From assembly GCF_000143415.4 (NCBI RefSeq), contig NW_003314262.1, forward strand, positions 4,040,021 through 4,104,020: DNA of 64,000 nucleotides, read 5' to 3'. A program made the translations under genes and the position numbers. This DNA comes from Selaginella moellendorffii (lineage: Eukaryota; Plantae; Lycopodiophyta). Position 1 is the stretch's first letter. Every line of letters begins with the position of its first letter. Shown here piece after piece: positions 24,273-36,021 of this stretch. The notes beneath the pieces were generated by a model. That model had not been told where the DNA came from. It ran no database searches and saw only the letters and a list, made by a program, of their open reading frames with translations.

Positions 24273-25479
24273 ATGGGGCGACGCTACATCACCGAGGGGG
24301 CGAGGAGAGCGAGCTCGCACTGCGATAGTGGCGAGCGACGAATAAAGAAAAGGAGCAGGGAATCAAGCGTGGATGAGAAGAAAGCCCTAAGAAAGGTACC
24401 AGAGATCACTGCTCTTTGTTTTAGTTCTTTTCCTTCCAGGTAATCAATCTGTGCTTTCAGGTAGCTAAGAAGATGAAAGCAGTCTCGGGCTACAGCAATC
24501 CTTTCGACTTGACTGAATTGTGAGTAGTTTTTTCTGCGTTCTTGGCAAGGTTTCTAGGTAGAGCTAATCCTCGTTTTCCAGGTTTGTTTGGAGGAAGAAG
24601 ATCAAACGCAACTTTGCGAAGAAAACACTGAAGCTGAAAGATATCCGCGTGGAAGCTGAGAGGCAGCGACAGGAGGAAGCCGAGATGGAAACCGAGAAAT
24701 GGGAAGAACGAGCTATGGAGAAAGAAGAGGAAGAGGAAGAGAAAGCAAGGGAGCGAGAGAACGACCGGGAGGACGAGGTATGATATACATGGGTTTTTGA
24801 GTATCCTTTTGCAAACTCTAACGCGTGAACGCAATGCAGCGTCTCTACATGAAAGTCACGACGACTGATCTTCTATCCAGACTCGTCGGCCTGAGGATGG
24901 CCGAGCCTTCTCACATCTTCAAGGGCCTTGGCGTGAAAGCAATGGAGGAGCTACTTGTCAAATTTCGCTTGCATTTGGAGGCGAACAAGAAAAATACCGA
25001 GCTCTGGGAGGCTATGACGGTTGTCTGCGACTCAGAGCTAGCAGAAGCACGAAAGAGAGAGGCTGGAGCTCGCGGTGGAGAGGACCATTTGGTGCTTGAC
25101 GATGCTGGACTCCATACTAGCAACGTGAACACTTCCCTCATAAACATGAGCTCTTGTCAACTCCAGGAAGAGAAAGAAAATATTGAAGAAAAACTAAGAT
25201 CTGGATCAGCCAAGAACGTCGAGTTCTGGAAGAGAGTGCGCGTCTTCAAAGCCAAGGTAAGCAAAAACGTCTTGTGCTTTGTTTCACGATTTAAGTTCTG
25301 ACATAGATGCAAACTTACAGGCACGGCTCCGAGAAATAGCCATGGATCTTCTAGCGCAGCAGCACCACGAGATTTCAAGCGAGGAGGTTATAGAGGAAGC
25401 GATGGCTCCTCGCTCTCCTGAGCCGATTCCTCGTCAAGCGGTTCGAGGAGTGTCCGGCGCCAGCAGAGGGAAAGTCTAG
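24273..25479 (+). pseudogene. Truncated, frameshifted tandem copy of cactin
   Basis: Collinear with 26367-27730 but has internal deletions and lacks the C-terminal cactin domain. Confidence 0.85.
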
Positions 25480-25639
25480 AGCATTCAATCGATTGAAACG
25501 GCTCAAGCAAGAGAATCAATTTTTCTATATGTAAAATGATCTTAGTCAAAACAAACGAAATCGGCCGTGAGATTGTACAAGTTTATGTAGAGATAAAAGT
25601 GCCTTGGCCACCGATGTTCGATTACATCCCTTTCTACAA

Positions 25640-26080
25640 AGATCTCTCTTCAAGCTTTGGTTGTGTGGGAAACGCCTCTTGTTCCTCTGGACGAAAAGCT
25701 GGATCATCAGGATCCTACTTGGGTAGAAGTCCAAGCATTTCTAAAGGGATGAGATATAGAAAACTCCGCCACGGCGTCCTCTTGCTCCTCATCAAGGCTG
25801 TCGTTCTCATCAGGGCAGGAATTCAACAGCCGGAAGTCCAAAACTTGGAATTTCTCAGCTCGTGGTGTTTGTCTGTCCTGATCATGAATGCCTGCCCAAA
25901 AAAAATGAGGAACAAACAAGTAAAATGCAAAGCTTGCTCAGATTCGTGCTAAGCTCTTGGATGCTGGGAAAGTGCATAAAAAACTCCATGATCCAGAAGG
26001 ACTCTTGGCCATCATTCCTTGGAACACTTGGAAAAAACTTTAAACATTCCAACTGTGGCATCTCTTTAAAGAAAAACTAT
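25640..26080 (-). pseudogene. Inverted fragment of an LRR/FBD-like gene family
   Basis: The reverse complement matches 31300-31740 and 44430-44830 (…EFF…FPSIQELSTNL…LDFRLLN…). Confidence 0.65.
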
Positions 26081-26366
26081 GAATATAACATGAATAAAAA
26101 AAGTTTGAGTATTTTGTTCAAAACTTTTATAAACTTAAAATAATTACCACATATCATTTTTGGGATGATAATTAGTATTTGAATAAGTTTCCACGTGGTA
26201 CAATAGTTTAAACACAGCCACTTGTGCAAATTAGAGAATTCTCCTGAATATATTTAAATGTGCATTTAGACCAAATAAATTTTATTGATAGAAATATTTT
26301 ACTTACAACCTTTTGGCAACCTCCTATAAAAATGAGGTCGCAAAGATTTAGGGTTTATCGATTGAT

Positions 26367-28276
26367 ATGGGAGGCTGCGTTGATCTTGACGAGCGACGTA
26401 GAAGGAAGAGAGGCAGGGTGAGTCAATACACCGAGGAGGAGATTCACGATTATCTTGTGAAGAAAGCCCAAAGAAAGGTACCTAGAGATCACTGTTTTTT
26501 GTTTTAGTTCTTCGTTACTAAATCCTGTGTTTTCAGGCAGCCAAGGTAGCTAAGAAGCTGAAACCACAGTTGGTCTCGGGCTATTCAGACGACAGCAATC
26601 CTTTCGGAGACTCCAACTTGACTGAGAAGTGAGTAGTTTCTTGTGCGGTTTTGGCGAGGTTTCTAGAGCTAATCCTCGGTTTCTAGGTTTGTGTGGAGGA
26701 AGAAGATCGAACGCGACATTGCAAATAAGGCACTGAACTTGAAAGATATCTCCGTGAAAGCTGAAAGGGTGCGCCAGGAGGAACAGATGGTAAGTTAGAA
26801 TCTCTTCTTTAGATCGCTTGTTTGTTGCTCGGTTTTGCTCATGTTCTTGTGTTTCCAGAAGGAAATCGAGAAGGTTAAGAAGAAACGGGAAGAGAGAGCC
26901 ATGGAGAAAGCAAAGAACGAGGAAGAGAAAGCCATGCTAGCAAGAGAGCGAGCAAGGGCAGAGTTCCAAGACTGGGAGAAAAAGGAAGAAGAGGTATGAT
27001 ATAAATGTTTTTTTGCGTATCCTTTTGCAAGTTCTAATTACGCGTGAATGCACTGCAGTTTCTTTTCCACCAACGGGAAGTCCGTGCCGAGATACGCATC
27101 AAGGAGGGCCGAGCCACGAAGATTGATCTTCTATCCAAGCTCGACGACTTGAGGATGGCCGAGCCTTACCTCATCTTCAAGGGCCTTAGCGTGAAAGAAA
27201 TGGAGAAGCTACGTGAAGAACTTCGCTTGCATTTGGAGCTGGACAGGAAAAATACCGAGTTCTGGGAGGCCATGACGGTTGTCTGCGACTCAGAGCTAGC
27301 AGAAGGACGAAAGAGAGAAGCTGGAGCTTGCGGTGGAGAGGATAATTTGGTGCTCGACGATGCTGGACTCCATACCAGCATTGATCTAGACGTAAACACT
27401 CTCCTCCAAAACATGACCTCGCGTCGACTCCAGGAAGAGCAAGCAAAGATAGAAGAAAAGTTGAGATCTGGATCAGCCAAGAACGTCGAGTTCTGGGAGT
27501 CCGTCCTGAAGAGAGTGCACGTCTTCAAAGCCAAGGTAAGCAAAACGTCTTGTGCTCTGTTTCACGATTTAAGTTCTGACATATAGATGCAAACTTACAG
27601 GCACAGCTCCGAGAAATAGCCATGGATCTAGCGCAGCAGCACCACGAGATTTCAAGCGAGAAAGTTATAGAGGAAGCGATGGCTCCTCGCTCTCCTGAGC
27701 CGATTCCTCGTCAAGCGGTTCGAGGAGATGGGATTCCAGGGTTTGCGAGAGCAGAGCTGGGAAAAGTAGAAGACGCCGATGCTGAGTTTGGCTCCGGGGC
27801 GGAAGTCAGTGTGGAATCTGATCACGTAAACCTGTGGCGTGACAAGTACAGTCCACGAAAGCCCAAGTACTTGAACAGGGTCCATACGGGATACGAGTGG
27901 AACAAGTACAATCAAACGCACTACGATCACGATTCTCCGCCACCAAAAACTGTCCAGGGATACAAGTTCAACATCTTCTACCCCGATTTGATCGACTGGA
28001 CGAAGGCACCAACGTTTGCGATCGAGAGAGACGGGATCAGTGGCGATACTGCCATCATCAGATTCACTGCGGGTGCTCCATACGAAGATATTGTAAGTGT
28101 TTGATGGTTTCTCTTCGTTGTGCTCGTTGTTTTCCATTCTAACTTGTGTGCTACAGGCGTTTCGCATCGTCAACAAGGAGTGGGAGCGCTCCCCCAAGAA
28201 CGGATTCAAGTGTACATTTGAGCGAGGTATCCTCTGCGTTTACTTCAATTTCAAGCGATATCGCTACAGGAGATGA
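26367..28276 (+). CDS. Cactin (spliceosome-associated)
   Basis: GYSDDSNPFGDSNLTEKFVWRKKIE; PRKPKYLNRVHTGYEWNKYNQTHYDHD…VQGYKFNIFYPDL; terminal FNFKRYRYRR*. Confidence 0.93.
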
Positions 28277-28457
28277 TGGAAGGCTGATTTTGTAAAAAGT
28301 GTCCAGCGCTACCAAATTTGTGTAACGAAATCAAACCATGAAGTCCTGTCCTCCCTGTATGATCCTTGTCAAGTCCTTTTTTGGACTTTATATTGACTGG
28401 CATTGACTTTACATGAGCTCAATGAAGCATAACTTAGACCATCACGGCTAAAACGAA

Positions 28458-29561
28458 TCAATCCTCGAAGTATGATCCTTGTTGGCTCCACTCCGGCGAC
28501 GAATCCGACCAGCAGCGAGGAGCGTAACCCCAGTTGGAGTAAATCCATCTCTCCGCCAGCCTCAGCACCCCGCTCGAATCCAGCACCCGGTTCCAAACCC
28601 CCGACACGATGCAGTAGTTCCCATCGAAAGGCTCCCGGTGGTGCTTGCCGTGCATTCTCGTCGACACGAGCACCCCAAGATCCTGGAGCGCCCTCACAAC
28701 TCCTGGAAGTTGGCTGCGCCGGGTGTGAGCCCACGAGTGGAACTGCTGGCTGAAGACCACGCATCCCAGGAAAACTCCCAGGAACGCATCCACGGGGCCA
28801 CTGCCGGGAGTCGCCACCAAAACCGGGACGAGAAAGATCGTTGCCGGACGAGCCAACGAGTGGATGTTGTTGGAGAAGTCGCGCTTGGTGATCGTCCAGG
28901 GACGCTTGTGGTGCCCCTGGAACGCGTCGATCTGGGGGCCGAAGAGTGGAGTCTTGTCGTCGCCGTAGTTGTCGATCCCCCAGTGGTAGATGCCGGTGGC
29001 CAAGTCGGCTAGAACGTAGGCGGACAGGATGGCGAGTGTTGAGAGACCTGCGTCGGAGCTTGTCTCGATGCCAGCCGCGGACTTTGCTAGCATTCCCAGC
29101 AGCGAGGAGCATCCGGCAAACACCCATAGCCTGTGCTCCATCGTCGAGCTCAAACTGGTATCATTGCTTCCCATGTCTTTGATCCTCGCAGCATTCTCCT
29201 TGTCCCAGGAAATGGCCTCGTCGCAGAGAACTTGGAGCACTGGAGGAGGAGCATCTCCCAAAGCTTCTTCACTAGCTTGTGGAACTCTGGATGATCCCTG
29301 GAGCCTCGCAAGTTCTTCACGAGTGACTTTGAGTGATCCCTCAGTGTCGGTGTCCTTGACACAGATCTGGCAAGTCACCGCCTGCTGCCTGTAAAATCCC
29401 GATCGTCCCAAAGAGTAGTACCTTGTTGCAAGCTTTCCAGAGTAAGATGTGCTTCTCCATCCAGTGAGAACTTCCATATCTCTTGCACTGCGTCCCAAAG
29501 TTCTCTGGTTCTTCGCAGCTCTCCCTTTTGTATCGTCATACTTGTGTATCAAATTCGTCAT
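28458..29561 (-). CDS. FAD4: Plastid fatty acid desaturase 4 (TMEM189/Kua family); true start may be the Met at 29477
   Basis: LADLATGIYHWGIDNYG, FQGHHKRPW, HSWAH and HGKHH His motifs; NYCIVSGVWN. Confidence 0.92.
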   Translation of the reverse strand: MTNLIHKYDDTKGRAAKNQRTLGRSARDMEVLTGWRSTSYSGKLATRYYSLGRSGFYRQQAVTCQICVKDTDTEGSLKVTREELARLQGSSRVPQASEEALGDAPPPVLQVLCDEAISWDKENAARIKDMGSNDTSLSSTMEHRLWVFAGCSSLLGMLAKSAAGIETSSDAGLSTLAILSAYVLADLATGIYHWGIDNYGDDKTPLFGPQIDAFQGHHKRPWTITKRDFSNNIHSLARPATIFLVPVLVATPGSGPVDAFLGVFLGCVVFSQQFHSWAHTRRSQLPGVVRALQDLGVLVSTRMHGKHHREPFDGNYCIVSGVWNRVLDSSGVLRLAERWIYSNWGYAPRCWSDSSPEWSQQGSYFED

Positions 29562-29676
29562 CGCAGTGGCGCTTTTTCCACCTCAAAAGCTCATGGCCGA
29601 CGGTGGCGCTCGCTCCACGCTAGAATGTTCGCATACTCTTTATCCCCGGATATCCTCGCTGGCTTTGGACCACGTA

Positions 29677-30775
29677 TTAGTCGCGGAGTTTAGCTGTAAA
29701 CACCGAGAAGCTTTCCTCCTCGGACCTGGAAACTTTGGCCGTTTTAGAAGCATAATTCGCTGGCTTCGACCGTGCCTTCTCGCATCTTCCCTGCGGAGCT
29801 TGCGGGTTCCTGTTTTCTTTCATCTGGCCCTTGCGGATATCGGTGGTCGCGTCCACTTTTACTTGCCTGTTCTTCTCGCCAAGAACAGGCCTGCTCGCAG
29901 TAGCTTGTTTCTTCGATGGAGCATTCCTGTCTGGAGCCTTGGTGGATCTTAAGCTTTTCGCCCAGTCGAAAGTTTTCCCCCAGAAGCGTGGTGACAGTCG
30001 CAAAGTTTTTAGTTGCTCTTCCAGGCGCACAGGTTTTTCCGCTTCTACGAATTGCGTTTTAGTCACACCTTCCTTTTGTCTCGACTTAGTTGGGCCTTTC
30101 TTCTCAGTATTGTCACTCGACTTCACGAGCTTTTTCTCCCTCGGGACGTTGTCTCTGGATTTTTCCGGATTGGAGCGTGCCAATCGCGTCCCTCCTACGT
30201 TCTCCTTTTGCAAGATCCTGACTCGTTGCTGAAAGTTCTTTTCGTTGGATGGCTTCTTACGGGAGACATTCTCTGCTGCGAAGCTTTTCTTCGACAAAGG
30301 GTCGCTTAGTGCCATCTTTTTCTCTTCACGCTCGCATTGTAAGTCGGCCAGCTTCTTTGACAGCGCCGCGATCCCACTTTGCAGCTCTTCCTCGAGCCTA
30401 CGATCGTTCTCATCTTCCAGCTCCGCCTGGACGATCGTTTCTAGCAGCTCTCCTTCAATGTTACGATCCGGACCATGAATCCAGCATTCATCGAAACTTC
30501 TTTCCACACCACGTTGCAATGTAGCTGGCGTGGCCAAAGAACAAGCCTCTCTAAAAGCTGGATCATCGCTGAGAACTTTCCTCGTGGAAGTTAAGGACCC
30601 GAAAGACACAGCACCGATCACGCCAACATTGACAGCGAACTTCCCAGCGGACGAGAAATTCTTCGCTGTGGAGCTCCATGATCCCTTCAATCCAGGCCGC
30701 CGCTCGCTGGAGCTAGAGCTACTGCCAATGGTCTCGGATCGATAGGCCGCATTGCTCCAAACCACAGCACACTCG
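29677..30775 (-). CDS. Basic coiled-coil protein with WxNAA motif (plant-specific, possibly microtubule-associated); 5' end unresolved
   Basis: 362-codon frame; VWSNAAY followed by coiled coil LEEELQSGIAALSKKLADLQ and a Lys/Arg-rich tail. Confidence 0.55.
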
Positions 30776-31117
30776 CTGTGGAGGGCCGTGGTGGAAGAAG
30801 AATCATCAGGGCGCTGAGAAGCCGACGAAGAGGGATCGCCTGCCAGGCCAAGGCACCACTAAGTCTTTCCGCTCGCTCAATCGAAGATTACCTGAGGGAA
30901 AGTCCTTGCGCTGCAATGGCGGCGTCGATCTGGCCGCCCTGCGATTGCAGGAGTGCTTGGATTCGACCGCTCGCTTCTTCGTCTCCCTCGCCCGCCCGGA
31001 GCTCCACATTTACTACGCTGCCTAGAACCCTAACGAGATTTTAGCCGATCAAATAAACCCTAAAATCTCATTATTTCGTTACATTTTAGGATCCCAGCAC
31101 GATCGAGCGTCTTCCGA

Positions 31118-31790
31118 TGGCTTCATCTTCCGCGATTCGAGCGTCTTCCAATGGCTTGCAGAAGGTAAGATCCTTGAGAGGTTGCACATCAGATCCTTGT
31201 CCAAGCTCGAGCTAGTTTCTCCATTTAGTATCTTATGCACTCTTGAAGTATGGGGCGATTGTTTTACTGTTGGAGAGTTGGAGTCATATCATAGTCTTTT
31301 CTTGGGAAAATGCCACAATTGGAGTGTCTAAAGCTTTTTCCAAGCTTTTCAGGAGACAAAAGCCAAAAGTCACTATGCATCGTGGAATTTTTCAAGTGCT
31401 TTCCCAGCATCCAAGAGCTGAGGACGAACCTAAACATGTTGTGCATAAGCTTTACACTTTCCTTGATTGCGCATGCCTCACTGGATGGATCTGTTTGTTG
31501 GTGACCAGGTATTCAGGAGCAACGAATACAAGAAGCTCAACCTTGAGAAGCTTGAAGTTTTGGATGTTCGCCTGCTGAATCTCAGCCCTGATGAGAACGA
31601 CGAGTGTGACGATGAGAAAGAAGAAGCTGTCAAGGAGGCAACAAAAGTTTTTCTGGCTGCGGCACCCAACGCGGACTTTCGCTTGACTGTCCCAGGTATT
31701 CCAGTTTTGCATTTTATCATCCCTTTAGAAATGCTCGAACTTGTAACACTCTTGACATTTCTTGCCATCCGAGCACGTTGCTGTTAACTC
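31118..31790 (+). pseudogene. Degenerate LRR/FBD-like gene
   Basis: FFKCFPSIQELRTNL and LEKLEVLDVRL…VFLAAAPNA lie in different frames; paralogous to 43774-44830 and 25640-26080. Confidence 0.6.
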
Positions 31791-31881
31791 GTATCATCCG
31801 GCTCAGATTCAGGAAAGAAAGTGACAGACAAGTTCAACATGCAAGATTGCAAGCAATGGATCCAGGTCTTGTGCTGTCTAA

Positions 31882-34410
31882 GACGAAATCGAACATGAGG
31901 GGCCATGGGATGTATATAGCCAGCCTGGAGTCTAATCCAAGGTGGCAAGAGATTCATGTGGACGCTAAAATGAGTGGGCACAAGATTTGTATATATTTAC
32001 ATGGAGAAAATGACAAAGTGGTAGTTAGGGTATCGGAGTAAACGATGATCTCATGGGCAAAACAAGACCACGCAGCGAGCAGCAAGGCTACACAGACTCT
32101 AGATCGCGTGACTGCTTGACTGCAGCAGAAGAAGAGGAAGGGAAAAATCCGTGTTGTAGAAAAATTCATTCAAGATCAGGGTTGGAGCGTGCTGGAAATT
32201 GTAGAAGAAATGACCAGGAAAAATCCGTGCTGTAGAAAAATTCATTCAAGATCAGGGTTGTAGCGTGTTGGAAATTGTAAAAGAAATGACCACAACTAAG
32301 GCAATACCAATCCCTCTCTTTACAGGCACAGATTTTGAGAGATTTCGTTCTTCTTTCTCCGGGACTGTCCAGGGATAGACCTTAAGTCAGCGGAAGACGA
32401 ATGGCAGGTCAGAGGCAACTTGCACCACCACCACCTGGATATCACGAAGACCATAAAAGAGAATTGGTTGAAGAATGTATTCAGAACCAAGCCAGCCCAG
32501 AGATTTCAAAAGTTGAGTTAAAGTCTAAACTTTTTCACTTAAAAATGGCAGCAAACGAGACTCCAACAGCTTTTTTAGGAAGGCTGAAGTCAGTGCTCTC
32601 CCAGCTGTCAAAGTCTAGGTGAAGTCACCGAGAATGATAAGTGAGCATCTTTGGTTCGCCCAGAATTGAAATCATTGAAGACTATGCTCAAGAACTCGAT
32701 GAAAACCTTCATTGAAATGCAAGTAGTTCTTATCAATGAAGAAGGACCAGCTGAATACCAAACACCCATAGATACAACCACAACCACAGCTTTGTTTGTC
32801 AACTCAAAGCAAATAAAGAATTCTTCGGCAGCACTAGCAGTTTCAAGGCTAGTGTGAGCAACACTGCGAGCAGTTTCAAGGTTAGCAATGTTGGAGATAG
32901 CAACTCACGTGAGTGTAAAGGTGAGTGCAATTATTGTAAGTGGGTTGGACACTACACCAGAGAATGCTGAGACAGGTTAGCCGGGTGTCCTCAAGGATTG
33001 GGGAAAAAGAATATACAAACCAGTCAAAAGCTCTCATGGTAAGAGCTATTCCAGAACCAGTGTTTGTTCAGCAGCAAGATCAAGACGTAATCTCATTGGA
33101 CACAGCAGCAAATATGCACATGACTTGTATAGCATGAGTAGTCATCAATGCAAAGCTTCTCACCTGCTAGTTATGTGCATATTTGATGCTGTGTCCAGCG
33201 AGATTACGTCTTGATCCTGCTGCTGAACAAACACAGGTTCTAGAATAGCTCTTACCATGAGAACTCTTGACTCCTTTGTATATTCTTTCTCCCCAATCCT
33301 CAAGGATGCCCTACTAACCTGTCTCGGCATTCTCAAGCATAGTGTCCAACCCACTTACAATAATTGCACTCACCTTTACGCTCGCATGAGTTGTTGTCTC
33401 CAACATTGCTAGCCTTGAAACTGCTCACAGTGTTGCTCACACCAGCCTGCTGCCAGAAAATTCTTTGTTTGCTTTGAGTTGACAAACAAAGTTGTGGTTG
33501 TGGTTGTATCTGTGGGTGTTTGGTCTTCAGCTGGTTCTTCTTCATTGATAAGAGCTGCTTGCATTTCAATGAAGGTTTTCATTGAGTTCTTGAGCATAGT
33601 CTTCAATGATTTGAATTCTGGGCGAACCAAAGCATTGAGAAGAATTGCTCGCTTATCATTCTTGGTGACTGTTTCACCTAGACTTGACAGCTGGGAGAGC
33701 ACCAACTTCAGCCTTCCTAAAAAAGCTGCTGGAGTCTTGTCCGCTACCATTTTTAAGCCAAAAAGTTTAGACTTTAACTCAACCTTTGAAATCTCTAGGC
33801 TGGCTTGGTTCTAAATACATTCTTCAAGGCTGTCCAATTCTCTTTTGCGGTCTTTGTGATATCCAGGTGGTGGTGGTGCAATTTGCTCAAGCCAATCCCC
33901 ATGGTGGAGACTGCCTTATCATTTCTGACCTGCCATTCGTCTTCATCGCTTGCTGCTACTTAATCTCTGTCCCCTGGACAGCTCGGAGACAGTTGTCCCG
34001 GAGAAAGAGGAATGAAATCTCTTTCACCCAATTCTCAAAATCCATGCCTGTAAAGAAAGGGATTGCTATTGCCTTAGTTGTGGTCATTTCTTCTACAATT
34101 CCAGCACGCTCTAACCCTGATCTTGACTGAATTTTTCTACAGCACGGATTTTTCCATTCCTCTTCTTCTGCTGCAGTCAAGCAGTCATGCGATCTAGAGT
34201 CGTGTAGCCTTGCTGCTCGCTGCGTGGTCTTATTTTGCCCATGAGATCATCGTTTGCTCCAATACCATTACCACTTTATCATTTTCTCCATGTAAATATA
34301 TACAAGTCTTGTGTCCGCTCATTTCAGCGTCCACATGAATCTCTTGCCACCTTGGATTAGACTCCAGGCTGGCTATCTACATCCCATGGCCCCTCATGTT
34401 CGACTTTGTC
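31882..34410. mobile_element. Fold-back inverted repeat of a Ty1/copia gag-protease 5' fragment (arms 31882-33127 and 33167-34410, ~39-nt loop)
   Basis: The arms are reverse complements. They encode IPFFTGMDFENW, KVELKSKLF…FLGRLK…LSQL (gag), CNYCKWVGHY…EC (CCHC knuckle) and ISLDTAANMHMT (protease-like) at the apex. Both arms contain stops. Confidence 0.92.
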
Positions 34411-34653
34411 CCTGGGTACAAAGATCTCCGAATGACAGCTCCGGATTTGTTCGAGATTAAAGAGGTTTCAACTTGAAGAAGTGAAACGTATTTCTCTTCT
34501 ATTTCTCGCTTGATTCCTCAGCTTTCATTGTTGTAGCATAAACATCGATGTCATTTTCTTAACGCTTTGGTGATGGTGACTATAGCGGGGAGGCCCAGCA
34601 GAGCGGCAGAGAGAGCGGCCGAACGAAAGGGGAGGGTTTCGCGCTAAATCCGG

Positions 34654-36021
34654 TTGGCCAGCAAAAGGTCAGATACTTTTGGTTTCTGTGACGATCAAAT
34701 TTGTTATCGTATGGCCAAGGACCTCTTACAGCTCGCTCAGCCACTGCTTGATGTCCAGCCAGGATCATGCAGTGAAAAGTTTGGCGGTGATTCAAAGAGA
34801 ATCAGTAAGGACGTCGCCATGTTTTTGCTCAAGAGGATGGCTTTCCAGATGGAGGTGTCGGGGAATGCCTTCTCTAGCAGGGACGATCCGGCGTGGACAG
34901 AGTTGGGATACAGGCCGATAGTCAGTCACTTCCTCGGGGCATTCACGTCTCTGGCTCTAAAGTTTGGGGAGCGCCTCGAAGAAGAAGAGGAAGAGGAAGA
35001 GCGCTACAATGATCCGCGTGTTGATTCGTTCCAGGATGACAAGAGTGTCGGAGAGTTTGCGAAGTGGTTATCGCTGGAGCTGGCTAACCGGGCTGAAGAG
35101 CAAGGGAACGACGAGGAAGAAGAAGGAGAAAACGAAGTAGAAGACGAGGAAGAAAAGGATGGCGATGGTGGCGAGGGTGACAAAGACGATGAAGAAGATG
35201 AAGATGGTGAAGCTCACAGTGGCCGTGACTTGTCCGAGTACTTTCCTCTAGATGAGCAAGCCAAGAGTTTCACGAACGAAGCAGTCCTCCTCCGGATGTA
35301 TGGACGTGACCACGCCATCAACCAGCACATCACTCTGGGAGTTTTGGGTGGAAGAGGCGCGGATGAATGGCCGGACGATGCCTTCGAGATGTTCTACTAC
35401 GGGTGCGCCGCCGCGATGCGCAACATACGAGCAGGAAGGATGGACAAGATCCCGTGCATAGCCGTTGGACTCAAATGGTGGGCTTCGGGAGAGATCGATC
35501 CGGTGGGCTTCGTCCGGGTCACCGCCAAGTACAAGATCACGAGCTCAAGCGCCGCAGCGTTCAAGTCCCACGTCGAACAGAAGTGCGAGTGTCTGGAGCT
35601 GCGAGGCCAAGGCCGCAGAGCCCGCAAGCTTAGGCGAAAGTATCTCCAAAAGAGCGATGGAGCGCTCATCGCTGCTCTCGAGGCGCGAGTTCGCGCAAGA
35701 ACAGCCGAGGCCGCCATGAATCTCGACGAGAAATCTTTCCAAGAGGTGGAGCATCGCTACAAGTCCAGTGCATTCGCAGCCAAGCCATGCAATCTCCTCG
35801 TGGGAGAGGCCACATATCCGCCCCAATCCTCCACGATGCTGCGGTTTCCACTGGATAGAAACGCAAGGTCTGGCGATGGTGACAAAGACCTGGTGTCGGG
35901 GATGGCAAGGACGCTCTTTGGAGACCGTGTTCTTCGCTGGAGCTTGAGAAGCGTGGGGAAGCTTTCGCGGGAACGCGATCAAGTCACAAGGTTCTTTGCG
36001 AGCTCTCTTGTAGCATCCTAA
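34654..36021 (+). CDS. Intronless lineage-specific protein with acidic insert; distant paralog of the 39035-40718 gene with a degenerate REase-like fold
   Basis: 455-codon frame (first ATG 34711). YGCAAAMRNIRAGRMDKI…WASGEIDPVGFVRV and RTLFGDRVL…FFASSL align with the 39-kb gene. Confidence 0.65.
   Translation: MASKRSDTFGFCDDQICYRMAKDLLQLAQPLLDVQPGSCSEKFGGDSKRISKDVAMFLLKRMAFQMEVSGNAFSSRDDPAWTELGYRPIVSHFLGAFTSLALKFGERLEEEEEEEERYNDPRVDSFQDDKSVGEFAKWLSLELANRAEEQGNDEEEEGENEVEDEEEKDGDGGEGDKDDEEDEDGEAHSGRDLSEYFPLDEQAKSFTNEAVLLRMYGRDHAINQHITLGVLGGRGADEWPDDAFEMFYYGCAAAMRNIRAGRMDKIPCIAVGLKWWASGEIDPVGFVRVTAKYKITSSSAAAFKSHVEQKCECLELRGQGRRARKLRRKYLQKSDGALIAALEARVRARTAEAAMNLDEKSFQEVEHRYKSSAFAAKPCNLLVGEATYPPQSSTMLRFPLDRNARSGDGDKDLVSGMARTLFGDRVLRWSLRSVGKLSRERDQVTRFFASSLVAS

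Noticed and set aside
31882-34410. Palindrome as an assembly artefact
   Set aside because: The arms carry many independent substitutions and indels, and both flanks are collinear with the 44-kb paralog.
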